Source: Rebecca billardiae RCC1528 (lineage: Eukaryota; Protista; Haptophyta). From it: DNA of 64,000 nt. Shown here one piece after another: positions 22,253 through 34,611 of the stretch. Both the position numbers and the translations under genes were made by a program. A model generated the notes under the pieces. The model saw nothing but the letters and a program-made list of their open reading frames with translations, made no database searches and was not told the origin of the DNA. Each line of letters opens with the position of its first letter. Within the stretch, counting starts at the first letter, position 1. The stretch spans positions 2,914,001 through 2,978,000 of the forward strand of contig OZ251224.1 of NCBI GenBank assembly GCA_965240325.2, in the 5' to 3' direction.

Positions 22253-22945
22253 TCACCTTTCCACGCCCTCGAGCGACATGCGAATCCGCGCGACCACATC
22301 ACTGAGAAGAGTGCTAGCCGTGCCGGCCGCATTCGCGACATCTGCGCATGAGAGCGGCAGGACGGCACACGCCCGCGCGGCCTTCAGCTCCTCAACCCCA
22401 AGCGCAGCACCAACTGCCTCCGCCGTTGCGGCGTCCTCGACGTCCTGCTTGTTGGCGATGATCATGAGAGGGACGCCTGGCAGCGCCTCGAGAACAGGGC
22501 TCAGCGCCTCGCGTGCTTCGTCAAAGCGCGTGGCGTCACACGCATCCACGACAAAGACGATGAGCATCGTATCGGCGGTGAGGTATCGAGGCCAGAACTG
22601 CCGTATCAACTCGTTGCCGCCCAGATCCCAAAGGTCCAGACGCCAGTGCGGACGGATGTCGGCATTGCGGCAATTGAAGCCAGACGTCGGAGCCTGCTCG
22701 AGCGACGGCTTGCCCTCGACGCAGCTGCAGACTGTGGTCTTCCCCGCACCGTCGAGCCCCAAACAGATGACTCGCGCGCTCCGCCACTCCACCGGCCGCT
22801 CGACCCAGCACCAGCAGCAAAGCTTGTTGATCACGATCCGCACAACTGCAACCCAGGTGGCAGGATTGCGCATGATCGACGATGATCCCGACGAGCCGTG
22901 GGTGCCTCCGTCGTTTCCTGGGGCGGCGGCGTCGACGCCAGCCAT
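22253..22945 (-). CDS. ARF-like (Arl) small GTPase
   Basis: GLDGAGKT (G1), PTSGFN (G2), WDLGG (G3), IRQFWPRY, FVVDA, ANKQD (G4). Confidence 0.88.
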   Translation of the reverse strand: MAGVDAAAPGNDGGTHGSSGSSSIMRNPATWVAVVRIVINKLCCWCWVERPVEWRSARVICLGLDGAGKTTVCSCVEGKPSLEQAPTSGFNCRNADIRPHWRLDLWDLGGNELIRQFWPRYLTADTMLIVFVVDACDATRFDEAREALSPVLEALPGVPLMIIANKQDVEDAATAEAVGAALGVEELKAARACAVLPLSCADVANAAGTASTLLSDVVARIRMSLEGVER

Positions 22946-23069
22946 GACCGAGACGTTCGAACCGCCGCCGCGCGACCGGATTTCCCCGCTCCTTCATTAC
23001 TGACAATGGATCACAATACCCCATACTGAGATACAATGTGGCGGGTACTTCGATGGTGCTGGCCGGGTA

Positions 23070-23710
23070 AAGACCCTTCAGGAAAGGTTGTGGCCCCACT
23101 GCGACCGCCCGGACGAGGGCCGCTCGGAATAGCCGTGAGTGCGACGTCACGCGCCGCTGTTCGGCCTGAGCGCCGCTAATGAGGCCCTGGCAGCGCCCCA
23201 TACCCACCATGCGGCCGAGTAGCCCTCTCACGCCTCTCACGACAGCCTGTAAGCCACACCGTGAGCAACGCGGCAGCCATCGGAGCCGATCGTCATCACA
23301 CACACCGTTCAAAATAGAAATGGGAGCAGCTACGGGACGCATCCGCCACTCGTCTCTTCTCTACAGACGTCACAGCGTTGCGTGTTGCTGCTCCGGCGGC
23401 ATCAGCACGCACTCACGCCTATTTCGGGCGTGCAAAGAGCAGCGCGTGCAAGCTGTTGCGGTTCACTGCGTTGCAGATCGCGCGTCGGTGACAAGGTGGC
23501 AGAGACGACGGATGACAGCATGCCGAAGCGGCGCATGCCCTTCCAATTGGTGTCTACTTGCCCACCATCCACCCCGGCGGACGATCCGGCGATGGCGCCG
23601 CGACTCTGAGCGCGCACAGTAGGCGAGGTGCGCTGGCGGGACGAGCCGGGCGGCATGCCGCCAGTGGGAACCCACTGAAGCCGGGGCCACAACCTTTCCT
23701 GAAGGGTCTT
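23070..23710. mobile_element. MITE with 28-bp TIRs and TA target duplication
   Basis: TAAAGACCCTTCAGGAAAGGTTGTGGCCCC (23068-23097) is the perfect reverse complement of 23683-23712. Non-coding interior. Confidence 0.8.
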
Positions 23711-24749
23711 TATGTAGTGCGCCTCTGGGCAGACTCACGACTGACGACCCGTGGGGTCAGACAGAACATTGATAGGTCTGCACCCTCGCCGGGCATGCCC
23801 CCGTAGAGGTCAGCACGGCCGTCAGAAGGGTGATCTCGGCCGCTAGCTTACTAGCCCATCCTTCCCTGAGTGATGCGCCGAGCCTCGCGCGCGCCGGACA
23901 CACGATGAGGCTTGTTGCATTTTGAAGTGAGACCAAACGCGACATCGGGGGGAATTTCGGCGAGCGAATTTTTTTCATGATGGCCGCTGCCGCGCTGCGG
24001 CGGCGGCCACGGGAGGCGCTCAGGAGGCGCGCGTCGCACCAGACGACGCGCGTCGACGCTTGCCTACGGTTCTAGACAGAGTGTGCGCCACGCTGCATGC
24101 TATACAGTCACGGCACGCTCGGCAGTCAGGTCGACACTCGTCGACGCCGTCCGCGTGCAGTGCCGACACGAGTTGTGATCGAGCGCGTCGGCGCGCTCAG
24201 CCATCTGGTCGAGAATCATGCTGTGGTCTGCGGGCGAGAGAACGACCGGGATCTTCCTCAACGCCTTCCCCATCGTGCTCGAGTTGTGCGTAGTCTCGCC
24301 CGCGGGCGCGCTCGCAATCACCATCTGCAATCTACGCTCGCCTTGTGGTGCAGCGCTCCTCGGAGTGCCACCACGAGAGCTCGCGGTACTTCTACTGGGT
24401 ATTGGAGGAGTCGAAGGTGCGCCAGCCAAGTAGATGAAGTCGACCACCTCGGTGCCAGCCACGATCAGTCCCCAGACGCCCCCAAAGCAGTGTCGGGGCC
24501 CAGAGGTAAGCGTCGAGGATCAGTAGTAGCTTACGGCGCAGTGTCCGAACGGTGCTCAACAGGACAGTACTGCAAGAGAATGAGATAGTACTCGTAGGAT
24601 TCAGTGTCATCAGACTAGTTGCCGCCGGCGTCATCCACGGCTGGGATGGCCCCGTTGTGACCGGGCTCAATGAGTGCCACGCGTCGCTGCTGGTCGTCCA
24701 GGAAGCGCTCTGCGAGCCAGTGTCAACCCGGAGCTGATGCGCTCGGGCC

Positions 24750-25212
24750 TCGGCGGCGCTCGAGGAGGGCGCCCCGCATTATCAGCTTCACCGAGGAGAT
24801 CGCGCGCTGGCTGGGGACGGCCAAGCAGATGGACACGGAGCTGGGCGGCTCGAAACGGATTATGAACCGCAGGCGCGCGCAGCTCGCGAGGACGCGCGAT
24901 CGTGTGGTGGTACCCTACGCCGAGATCACCGCGACTTCCGGGGTACGACACAATCGACCCGGCGACGCGCGACGAGAAGCGCGCCCGCACTCAAGCCGGA
25001 AGAGCTTCCACAACCTGCGCATCGACCAGGCGGGTCGCGTGTGGGTGTGTCGCTGGCCGTGCTCGTGCGCACCGTGCCGTGCCGCGCTCCCGCGCAACAT
25101 GCGCCCGACATCCGGTCCCTGCGCGCTCCGCCCCATCTTCAGCGAGCTCAACGACTGGCACGTCGCACGACGTGACGGCGCAGCTCCAGCGGAAGGCCGG
25201 CGCTGGAGCTGA
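24750..25212 (+). pseudogene. Possible decayed DNA-transposase C-terminal fragment
   Basis: Frameshifted coding-like stretch ending SFHNLRIDQAGRVWVCRWPCSCAPC, resembling H...R..SCxCxxC tails of some eukaryotic transposases. No catalytic motif seen. Confidence 0.3.
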
Positions 25213-26361
25213 GGACTCGGACGATGAGATCGAGGTCGACCGGGACTTGCGTAGCGCCTCGTGCCCGCCTCCTCACGCGTCTTGCGGGCTGCAGCATGCG
25301 CTGAATCTTGAGCTCCACTGCTCCAGCCCTTCTGAGCTTTCTTGCCGCGTCGACCGCGCGCGCAGAGCTTCTGCTTCCGCTTGGACATGAGGGGGTGCCC
25401 ACTTGGATGCAGAGTGTTCTCGACGTAGGTCACGCCCCAGCCTGGCGCAAGTGGATTGCTGCACTCACGACAACCTCAGGGGTGCAGCGATCGCGTTCCC
25501 CGCGGTCCAGACGCCATCCTCGTAGAGAACACTCTGCATCCAACCGGGCGTCACGCGGATTCCCACTGGGATGTCGCCGTCACATATTTGTTGGTATTTA
25601 TTCAATTTGCAACAGGCCATGACGTAGACGTGGAGGTGAGAGTGGTCGAAAAGTCGGAAGGGAAGCTGTCACTCACGCTCACGCGCTCGTACAGCGACGC
25701 CGACCGGCGAGTGCAACGCCTCCCCGGTCCCAGGCCTTGCACTTGCGCCTTGGATCGCGGTGCCGGGACTCATTCGCGCCCTCGGCCCCGGCGCCGGCCA
25801 CTTCAAGGCTTCCCTTCCGAAGTCCCTAGCAAAGCTTCATCTGGACCCCCCCTGCCCAGCAGGCTGTACTCCGGAGTCGTCGGACGGCGGACCAGGAAAT
25901 AAATAAGCAATAACGGCTACGGGCGGCTAAGCTCGTCTGCTCTGATGAGTCTGATGCCAGACTGTGACTAGCTTTTCAAGTTATCAGCACTTTTATTATA
26001 ATCAGCAGATCGTCTAGAACGCCGAAACGGCGCGAGGTTCGTCAGTGACGACGACATGGCGTCGGCATGCTGCTGACGGCGCCTGGTATTTGGTAAGTGA
26101 CGACAGTATATGAGTAACCAGCAGCAATAAACTACCAGTATACCATCAGCGGCGGCAGTGTCATAGTCATTCAGTCTCAGACCTGCTCGGCTGCTCGGAG
26201 CCCCGGACCGGCGACCCAGTCCAGATGGGCCCGAGTGGGGCAGGGCCGCTCGCCACAGCCCCGGACCGAGCCGCCGGTCGTTCCGACGTTCGCCAGTGAC
26301 ACTACCAGTGTCATAATTGATGCCCGTGCAGTCATGAATAGTGATCAAGTGACGCACGCTA

Positions 26362-29112
26362 TCACCGATTGGGCCTGGTCAGGCCGCGCCCGCTCTCCGA
26401 CCCCTCAGCCGACCGAGTGCCGGGTTCCGCGGGTCGCGCTCGACGCCAGCCGCCGGCGCCACCGCCGAAGCGGAGCGCAGCCGTCGTGCGCTCGCCAGCG
26501 TTTCGCAGCTGCTCCCTGCGCTCGTCCTCGCGCGTGATGACGCGCAGCATCGGCCGCCTGCCGCCGGGCACGGTGCTCTGGCCGGGCTGGTACGGGGCGT
26601 TCTTCGCCCATAGGCCGCGGGCCTGGCTGCCCTGGCGTCCAGGGAGCGCGTACGGCGAGTTTGGAGGCTGCCCACCGCCCGGCGGCGCCGACTTGGCGCG
26701 CGTGGCGCCCGCTTGCGCGGCCCGCCTCCCCTTGCGCTTGGGCGCGGGCGGCGGCGGCGGCTCAAAGTCCGTGCCGGCGGGCAGCGTGTGCTGCGCGAGC
26801 AGGTCGACGCGCTTGAGCACGCGCATCAGCTCCTGCGTGTGCACCGCCTGCACCTTGCCCTGCTCGTCCACGCGCTCGCGCAGCTCCTTGAGGAAGAGCG
26901 TCACGTTCTCAATCATCTCCGAGGTGGTGGCGTTGCGGTGCCGCTCCACGCGCCAGTCGGCGAGCGCGCGCGCAAGGTGCTTGTTGCGCATCACTGCGCG
27001 CCGCTGCTCGAGCTTGCTCACCGCCGCGCCGCGGATCGCCGCCGTCGAGCGCGCGGCGATCGAGCGCTCCGTGCCAGCCTCGCTCGGGAGGGAGCTATTC
27101 CGCGCGCCGTTGGCGAAGGACACGCCCTTCTGCGAGGCGCGGCTCGCGCCCGCCTCGCTGCGCGCCGGGCTCTCGGGCGCGACGCTCACGTCCGGCGGCA
27201 GCCGGCCGTTGAAGCCGAGCGGGCGCGAGGACTGCGCGCCGGGCACGGCCGCGGGGCTGGCGGGCGCCGGGCTCTCGGGCGCGACGACGGCGCCCGCCAT
27301 CGCCTCCGCCGTGCCCGGCGGCAGGCAGCTCGCCACGTGCTTGCGCAGCCAGAGCGGCAGGCCGTAGAAGGACTTGTTCGCCTTGCGCTTCCACGCGCGC
27401 TGGATCACGCGCACCGCCGCCAGCTGGATGCGGTTGGCGCCCTCGGCGCGCTGCACGACGTGCATCAGGCGCAGCTCGACGTCCGAGAGCGAGAGCGAGT
27501 CCGCGAACGCGGCGGTCATCAGCGCGAACAGCCCCAGCCCCACGACGGAGTTGAGGAACAGCACGCACCGCCCCAGGTAGCTCCGCGGCGGTGCGTCAAA
27601 GCCCAGCCCGACCAGCCCCAGGCAGATCGACCACAGCTGCTCAGGGCGCGGCGCGGCGGGCGCGGGCGAGGCGGAGAGGGAGGGCGGCGAGGGTGCGGGC
27701 GCGATGGGGGCGGGCGCCGGTGGGCAGACGCGCGCGCTGCAGCGGCGGGAGCGCCGAGCGCCGCCGACACGGCCGAGGCAGCGCGGCGGCGCGCGGCGGC
27801 GCGCCGTGCGCGCCCGCGCCGCGCACCGCGTTCAGAAAGTACTCCTGCGACGAGAACGGGTCATGCAGCTCCGGCGTGTCGAAGCGCACGCGGTAGGCCT
27901 GCTCGCGCTCGAAGACGTAGTAGATGTACCCGAACGTGATCAGCGAGACGAACCCCACCGCCAGGAGGAACGTGACCGCGTAGTCGCGCATCACGACGCG
28001 CGTCGCAAAGCGCAGCGACTGCTCGATGTGCGACGAGCGCGCGAGGAAGCGCGCCTTCATGCGCATCGCCTTCGAGTGGAGCCAGAGCGAGCGCGCGAGC
28101 ACGAGCGGCAGCCGCAGGAACATGAGCACCGAGACGACGACGAACATGTCCTCCACCCCCACGTACGCGATGCCCACCACGTCCGCGATGTCCGTCTCGA
28201 TGCGCCAGCGCTCGACGGGCACGAGCCCGCCCGCGTCCACAAACGGGTGGATGCCCAGGATCAGCATGTCGCGCCCCAGCGTGTAGATGAAGTCGGACTG
28301 CAGCATGTCGCCGCCGAGCAGAGCCTTGCTCGACACGTGCATGAACCTGCACGCGCGCGGGGCCGCGCGACGACGGCGCGCGGGGCGCCGAGCGCGCTGC
28401 CGTGAGTGGCGAGCGCGCGCGCACAAGCGCGCGCGCGCCCAAATCCGGCCGGCGCGCACCGGTGGTAGTCGACAATGCACACCTCGAGGACGACGGTCAG
28501 CACGAAGATGGCCCAGCGCAGCGCCCTGACGATCCACTCGTGCTTTCCCGCGTCCTCGTCGGCGCGCATGCGCGCCTTCCAGTCCGAGAAGACGAACTCG
28601 CTCATGATGACCATCAGCAGCAGGCTGAGCAGCGCGATGTGCGTGATGCGCGCGTGCTTCGACTGCAGGGCCTCGAGCCTCCAGTCGAGGCCCTTGCTGG
28701 GCACCTTCGAGCTGTACAGGTTGGCGGTCACCTTGATCGAGCGCTGCGCCCCCAGCACGTCGCGCGTGCGCACGAGCCGCCCGCGGAAGTGCGCCTGCAG
28801 GAAGATGACGTGCTGCTTCTTCGACTTCACCTCACGCCGAGCCTTCCGCCCGCGGAACACGGACTGCATCCTGAGGGCGGCCTCATGCTTGGCCTGGGAG
28901 ACCGAGGAGATGCGCCGCCGTGCTGGCTGCGGCTCCGCGAGCGAGCTGTTGCGGTCCACCGTCGCTTGCACACCGCCCAGCGCGCGGCCGATCACGAGCG
29001 TTTGGCCGCTGCGCCGCGGCTCGCCAAGCCCGGCACGCTCGCCCTGCCCGGGCTCAGCGCCGGGCGCCGGGGTGGGAGCACTGTGGGGCTCGGCACCACC
29101 CTCGCACGCCAT
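26362..29112 (-). CDS. SK/KCNN-like Ca2+/calmodulin-regulated cation channel with N-terminal IQ motifs; exons 29112-28460, 28346-27827, 27636-26362
   Basis: IQ motifs MQSVFRGRKAR and LQAHFRGRLVR. TM helices with the SK-like IHPF and LMFLRL signatures. Pore YFLNA/LWSICLGLVGLGFDAPPRSYLGR, then S6, a CaM-binding-like AAVRVIQRAWK and a coiled coil. GT-AG introns 28347-28459 and 27637-27826. Confidence 0.78.
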
Positions 29113-29551
29113 GGGAGACGTGCCACCACAGTGCGGCCGCCTGCCCGCACGACCGACTGCCCGCACGCCCCTCCCCTCCGAGGCCAAGCGGGGGGCGTTG
29201 TGGGCGCAGCCTTGCTGGAGTTACTTGCCGTGCGCCCGCCCGCGCGGTGCCTTGACGAATGAATGCCGAACGACTTCGGCAACGATGGCGACGTTGTACA
29301 AGACAGTACCAGTACTAGTAGTACACCGGTATGGGGTAGAGTTCTACAACGTACAATAGCGATTGTACAAGCGTAACCAGGTACCTGCATGGCTGCATCC
29401 ACCTCGCAGGAGGCCTGGTGGGCAGTGTTCTGACATTATCAGAGCGCGCCTGCGCGGGTCATCGCAGCAAGCCACGGCGAGAACTTTGCCCGGGCACTTG
29501 CCCCGTCCTCTACCGAGGCAACCGTCTCGCGCTCAGAGTGACTTGCAGCCA

Positions 29552-30395
29552 TTACGACGCGCGTCTGCATAGCAGGCGCCAACACGCGCTGCGATACGCG
29601 CCAAGGCGCGTCGACGAGATGGCGCTGGGCCTCCGCGAGTGCGAGGAGGCCGCATCCCGCGCGCTGCGCACAGCGTCATCGAACACCTGCTTGAGCTGGT
29701 TGCTCTGGTTAAGCGCCGAGCATTCGACGTAGGTGTAGGCGCCAATCTCCGTGGCAAGCGCCGCCACCTGGTATGGATGCGCGCGGGGATCGCGAGCGCA
29801 GCGTTGGTCGGCGGCTCTCGCCGCGCGCGCGCGCGCGCACCCTGTGCCGCGCACGGGGTCTCTCAGCGCTCACCTCCTCTGGCTGCACGAGCTTGCGCTT
29901 GTGTGCAGGGTCGTCCCGCAGGTCCGCCTGGGTGCCCACGAGAACCAGAGGGACGCGAGGGTCGTGCTGTCTCACTTCGGAAGCCCACTTGCGCCTGACC
30001 GCCTCGAGCGATGCTCTCGAGGCCACGGAGAAGGCCAGGAGGAAAACGCGCGCGCCCGGGAAGCACAGCGAGCGCAGAGGGTCGTAGTCCTCATCGCCGG
30101 AGGTGTCGTACAGGACGAGGCGCGAAGGCTTCCCATCGACCATCACGTTGGCAACGAATTGGTCGTACAGGGTGGGCGTGTACTCCGCGACGAAGGCCGA
30201 GGTGGTGAAGGCCACGCAGAGCGCGCTTTTGCCCACCGCGGCATCACCGCACACGACGCACTTGATGCTGCGCAACACACGCGGTCGCGGAGGTGGCCGC
30301 GGCGATGAGATGTGGCCTCACGACCGGCGCGCAAGGAAGCATCGCGCGCTGGGGGGTCCAGCCGACGCATCGCGCGCGTCACGCCACCTCTCCAT
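29552..30395 (-). CDS. Atypical Rho/Rac-family GTPase; exons 30395-30388, 30267-29874, 29767-29552
   Basis: Spliced MESIKCVVCGDAAVGKS, YTPT, YDTSG.EDY.PLR, LVGTQADLR, YVECSA. GT-AG introns 30268-30387 and 29768-29873. Confidence 0.88.
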
Positions 30396-30532
30396 GCGCA
30401 GGCGCTGGGTCGCGCAAGTGTCCACAGCCGGTCCGCTCGCTTGCAGAATTCTACTTGCCGGCGGCCGCCCGGAGCCATTGTGTTCCGAACTCCCAGAAAG
30501 ATTTTCGTCGAATTTTCAAACCACCGCGCGCG

Positions 30533-31726
30533 ATGATGATGCCGCCGCCGCCTCCAGCCGGGCCCGACGGCCGCGCGCTCAGACGGCTCGTCGATGCGCA
30601 GGCCAAGGAGATATCCGACTTGCGGGCGCGTCTTGCAGCCGCGGACAGCCTCCAAGATGACGAGGGCTGGCAGCAGCTGCAAGATGCGGACGAGCTGCAC
30701 GCGTCCCTCGTTGAGCTTCGCAACGTCATCTGGCCGGAGGTCATGCAGCTGCGGGAGCGCAATGCGCAGCACGTGCAGGAGATCGAGGCCCTTCGAGACG
30801 AGCTCGAGCGCACCAGGGCGGCGAACTCGGACGCCCTGTCCGAGCTCGAGGCGCTGCGCGGGCAGGCGGAGGCCGCAGCCTCGGCACGTGCGCACGCCGA
30901 GCACGAGCTCGCCACCTCGAATGGCGAGGTCGCTGAGCTCCGAGCTCGATGCAATGCGCTGGTGTTGGACATCAACAAGGCCACAGAGCGCGCGCTGCGA
31001 GCCGAGAGCCGCCTCGCCCAGGCGGAGGCGCGCCAGGCTGCCGCGGAGGATGTTCGGGCGCAGCTCGACACAGTGCGCGCTGCCGAGGGAAAGCAACGCG
31101 CGCGAGCAGACACGCTGGCACGCGAGCTGACGCAGGCCCGCATGAGCCTCAGCAGCACGCTCGAGAAGGAACGCGATCGGCTGCATCGACCCGACCGCAC
31201 GCACGAGCGCGTGCGAGCAGACTCGACGCCCACGGCCAGGCCACCGCCCGTGGAACTCCGCACGCACGCGAGCCCACGGAGCGGACGAGCACTCACATCT
31301 GCCGCGGAGGCGGCGCGCCGCTTGGTCGATGCGGCCGAGAGCCCGCCGCGCAGACGCTCGGGTGCCCACACCCCGAGAAGTCGGGGGCTGGACACGCGTG
31401 CACGTGCAGCCCCTGGCAGCAGCGATGAAGCCGATGGCAGCAGTGACGGGGCCATGCAGGCTGCCAGCTCTCGCCCGCGGCGGAAGAGTGCGAACGCACG
31501 CATGGCCAAGAGAGGGGACTCCGGGGTCGGGGATGGACCGTCGCTTCGACAGCCCGCCTCGGACAGCGACGACTCTGGGGGCGACCACGATGGCAAGGGC
31601 ACCATGGCGCCTTCGGTCGGCACTCGCGCCGACGCTGAGCTGCAGGCTCAGCTCAAGCGCCTGCACGAGTCATTTCGCGCGACGGTGCAGTCCACGGCCC
31701 CGCGAGGGCATGGCCCACGCCACTAA
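30533..31726 (+). CDS. Coiled-coil hypothetical protein
   Basis: ATG at 30533. Long E/L/A/R/Q heptad region followed by a disordered Ser-rich tail. Confidence 0.7.
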   Translation: MMMPPPPPAGPDGRALRRLVDAQAKEISDLRARLAAADSLQDDEGWQQLQDADELHASLVELRNVIWPEVMQLRERNAQHVQEIEALRDELERTRAANSDALSELEALRGQAEAAASARAHAEHELATSNGEVAELRARCNALVLDINKATERALRAESRLAQAEARQAAAEDVRAQLDTVRAAEGKQRARADTLARELTQARMSLSSTLEKERDRLHRPDRTHERVRADSTPTARPPPVELRTHASPRSGRALTSAAEAARRLVDAAESPPRRRSGAHTPRSRGLDTRARAAPGSSDEADGSSDGAMQAASSRPRRKSANARMAKRGDSGVGDGPSLRQPASDSDDSGGDHDGKGTMAPSVGTRADAELQAQLKRLHESFRATVQSTAPRGHGPRH

Positions 31727-31941
31727 CTACTGCAGTACTGCTGCTGCTCTGCTAGTGATTCTATAGAGGTATTTCGTTTTGCAGTCGCGCGTTATGTATG
31801 TGCGTTGATGCTCGGGTCGGGTCAGACGGGCGGTGCACGCTATGCAGCCCGTGCCGGCACGGCCGCCGCAGACGGCGTCGTCCGTCACGGCTTCCCGCGC
31901 ACGCGGGGGTCGGGCCTCGGGGGGGCGGGGCCCCCCAGCCG

Positions 31942-32514
31942 AGGCAATCGCGGGCAATAACTATATTGTGAAGTTGCACCAGAGATCTCACGGCGGCTAG
32001 TCTAGGTTTCTTAGCCGCCGTTCGGTAGCCCGAGCGCCCACGGAGTCTCAGTTTCTGATGAGCTTAGAGCTAGGTAACAGTACTGGTCCGCCCGCCGCGC
32101 AGGCGCGGGGGGCGCAGGCGGCAGGGTGAGGGGGGCAGACCGCAGAGCCCCCCGCTGAGTTTTTAGGCCCGGCCGGCGAGGCCGACGAAAACTTTTGGGC
32201 CATTTTGGAGCATGCAAATCTGGCATGATGTTGCATGGATGCCGCGGTGCACTGGCCAGGAGTCAGTCAGAGAAGTCGGGACTTGGCCCGTCTACTCGTA
32301 GTCGCCAGTCGGGCCGCGCGCCGCGTCCCATGGGCACTGCGCCTCGGCGGACCACGTCAGCCGCGATGGCAGTAGCTAGTCCCAGTTTCTGAATAGTGTG
32401 ACTATGCATAGCGAACCAGCCAATCGCTAGTCTGAGTTTCTAGGCTAGATCCGCAGATAGCAAGCGCCCCAGTTTCTTAACGTGACAGTTCCTTATATTG
32501 CCCGCGATTGCCTG
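31942..32514. mobile_element. Probable MITE with 18-bp TIRs and subterminal AGTTTCT repeats
   Basis: AGGCAATCGCGGGCAATA (31942-31959) is inverted at 32496-32513. Right end reads CCTG|TA; the left TA is not preserved. Five to six (A/G)GTT(T/C)CT motifs lie near the ends. Confidence 0.6.
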
Positions 32515-33642
32515 TACACACGACGTGCTCGGATGACTCACAGTTAGTAGTCACTGACTGCACCAGAATATTCGTCATCAATAAGTTTTTAAATCAGTCG
32601 CGTCACACATGAACATTCGAGTTAAACTATCATAAACAGTACAGCTAGCTTACTGCTTAGCGCCTAGCGGGTTATACGGACCTTACACTTACCGAGAATA
32701 ATGTCGTAATAATTCGTGCCAGGCTAGTCGCGCTCTCGGACACTGACTGACAGACTCTGACACTGACACTTGACAGTCCACCCGTCCCAGCCCCCTACGT
32801 GAAGGCTCGAGTCGAGTCCGTGGTACTGCACCGTGGTACAGTGTCGAAAACGAGAAAATGCCCGCATCAACTATTCGTGGCCGGTGAGTTTTATAGTCGG
32901 GGTGGACCGTTTTGGTAGTTACCGTCGGTACCTATAGTCGCCCCCAGAGCGGGGACAGGCTCAGGAGCTTCTTGGGACGGGTGTTCTCAATCACTGTCTC
33001 ATCGACTACAGACAGCAATATGGCAACATCGTCATGAGTCGATGAGATTCGGACAGAGTGAGACAGGCTCAATGGGACCAGTCGGCAATGCGCCGCTGCG
33101 ACTCGTCAGTGACGACTTGACTCGCAACCGGCTGTCAACGACGGCGGCCCCCGTGGACTGTGACCATCAGGCATCGAACTGTCCGCGCGTCGGCCAGGCT
33201 CAGCCGGGCTGGCACTGCTGCGTGCAGCGTGACGATCATTGGATTGTTCAATAACTTCAACTAGCTAGCCAGCTACCGTTAATTCCAATGGTACTGTCGT
33301 CAGCTTGAACTCGCGGCGCCGCGCCCGCAAGCCGGACAAACCCGCGCGGGGCCCCGCGGCCGCAGCCCGCGATCGAGACGCGGATTTTATCAGCCAGCAG
33401 CAGCAGGCAGCTCCGACCGTGAATCAAATAGCAGCAGCAGGTAGCATATGCAATGAATGCATTCGCCGTTCTGACCATTTGTCATGGGGCATGATCATCG
33501 TGATCGAATGAAGATTGAAGGCGGTTCAAGTGCCAAGACGGGCCGTCGCATTCACTACCAGAGTCCAGAACAGCTTGGCGCATGGCAGCCATCAAGCAAG
33601 ACGTCCAAAGAATCCGAATATCCTCACTCGCGGTGTCCACAG

Positions 33643-34611
33643 CTAATACCATGGCCATTCCGTGTAGCTCACGCTTGTCGATGCCGCCTGCTGGGCGACT
33701 GGGGGAATGAACTTTGGATGTGGCCTCGCTGAGCGGCTTCTCGCTTTGGACGCGGTTCCATCTGTGTGTGGTTTCGGCGCACCTGTTTTGCCGTGCAGCT
33801 CGCTTGCCGAGCCAGTTCCAGGGCGTGTCCCGGCGCCAGCACGCGGTGCGATGGAATGCTCGTGAGTAGGCTGCGCGCGCTCGGCTGATGCCTTGCACCG
33901 GGCCAGCTCGTCCTTCATTACGCGTAGCTTCGCAATGTACGAGCGCGCTCCTAGGATTTTCTGCTTTGTCGGGGTATGGCGCGCGACCTCAGCTTCCGTA
34001 GCAATGAGCGCAGTGAGCTCGGCTGTGAGGCGAGCATGCTCGTCCGACGTCTCTCGGCGCTGCGCGCGCTGCTCGTCCATCTGTCTCTCGAGCTCTGCGA
34101 TCTTCATCTTGCAACCAGCTGCGAGATCGACAACGTCGTCCTCGGCAGAACGATTGGCACTGGGCTCGAGAGCCCAGACAGCCCGCGTGAGTTCTAGGGA
34201 TGAGCTATCGGTCGCATCGAGGAGACGCCCTAGTACGTCGAAGTGGGCGTGGACAGCTGGGCCGGCATCCGTCATGGGCGTGGCCACCTCGAACACGCCA
34301 AGCGCGTCCAATTGTCCAAGCTCCGACCGACCAGTGCCGCCCGGGCCGGTCCCGTTCGTGAACAACTCTTGAGGACTGGCGGTTGGAACAAAGGCGGAAC
34401 GGAAGTTTTTGGAAAGACCAATAAACGAATAACCTGCTCCGACCTGCTCCGGCCGCCCCCGGCCGGCCAGACCCTGGCGGGTTGAGACCCCGCCTTTTCT
34501 GACGAGCTCCGCGCTGGCGCGGAGCGGCGTCGCCAGAAAATCGACGTCGCGGAGATGAAACGGCTGGGTCTCAATCAGCCAGGGCCAGACCTGGATCGAG
34601 GGCGGCCCCCG
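33643..34611 (-). pseudogene. Coiled-coil-encoding reading frame without a clear start, in a lower-GC island; possible pseudogene or element relic
   Basis: The 240-aa ORF frame stays open upstream to a TAG near 34612. Heptad segment KIAELERQMDEQRAQRRE. Codon bias is weaker than in neighbouring genes. Confidence 0.3.
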
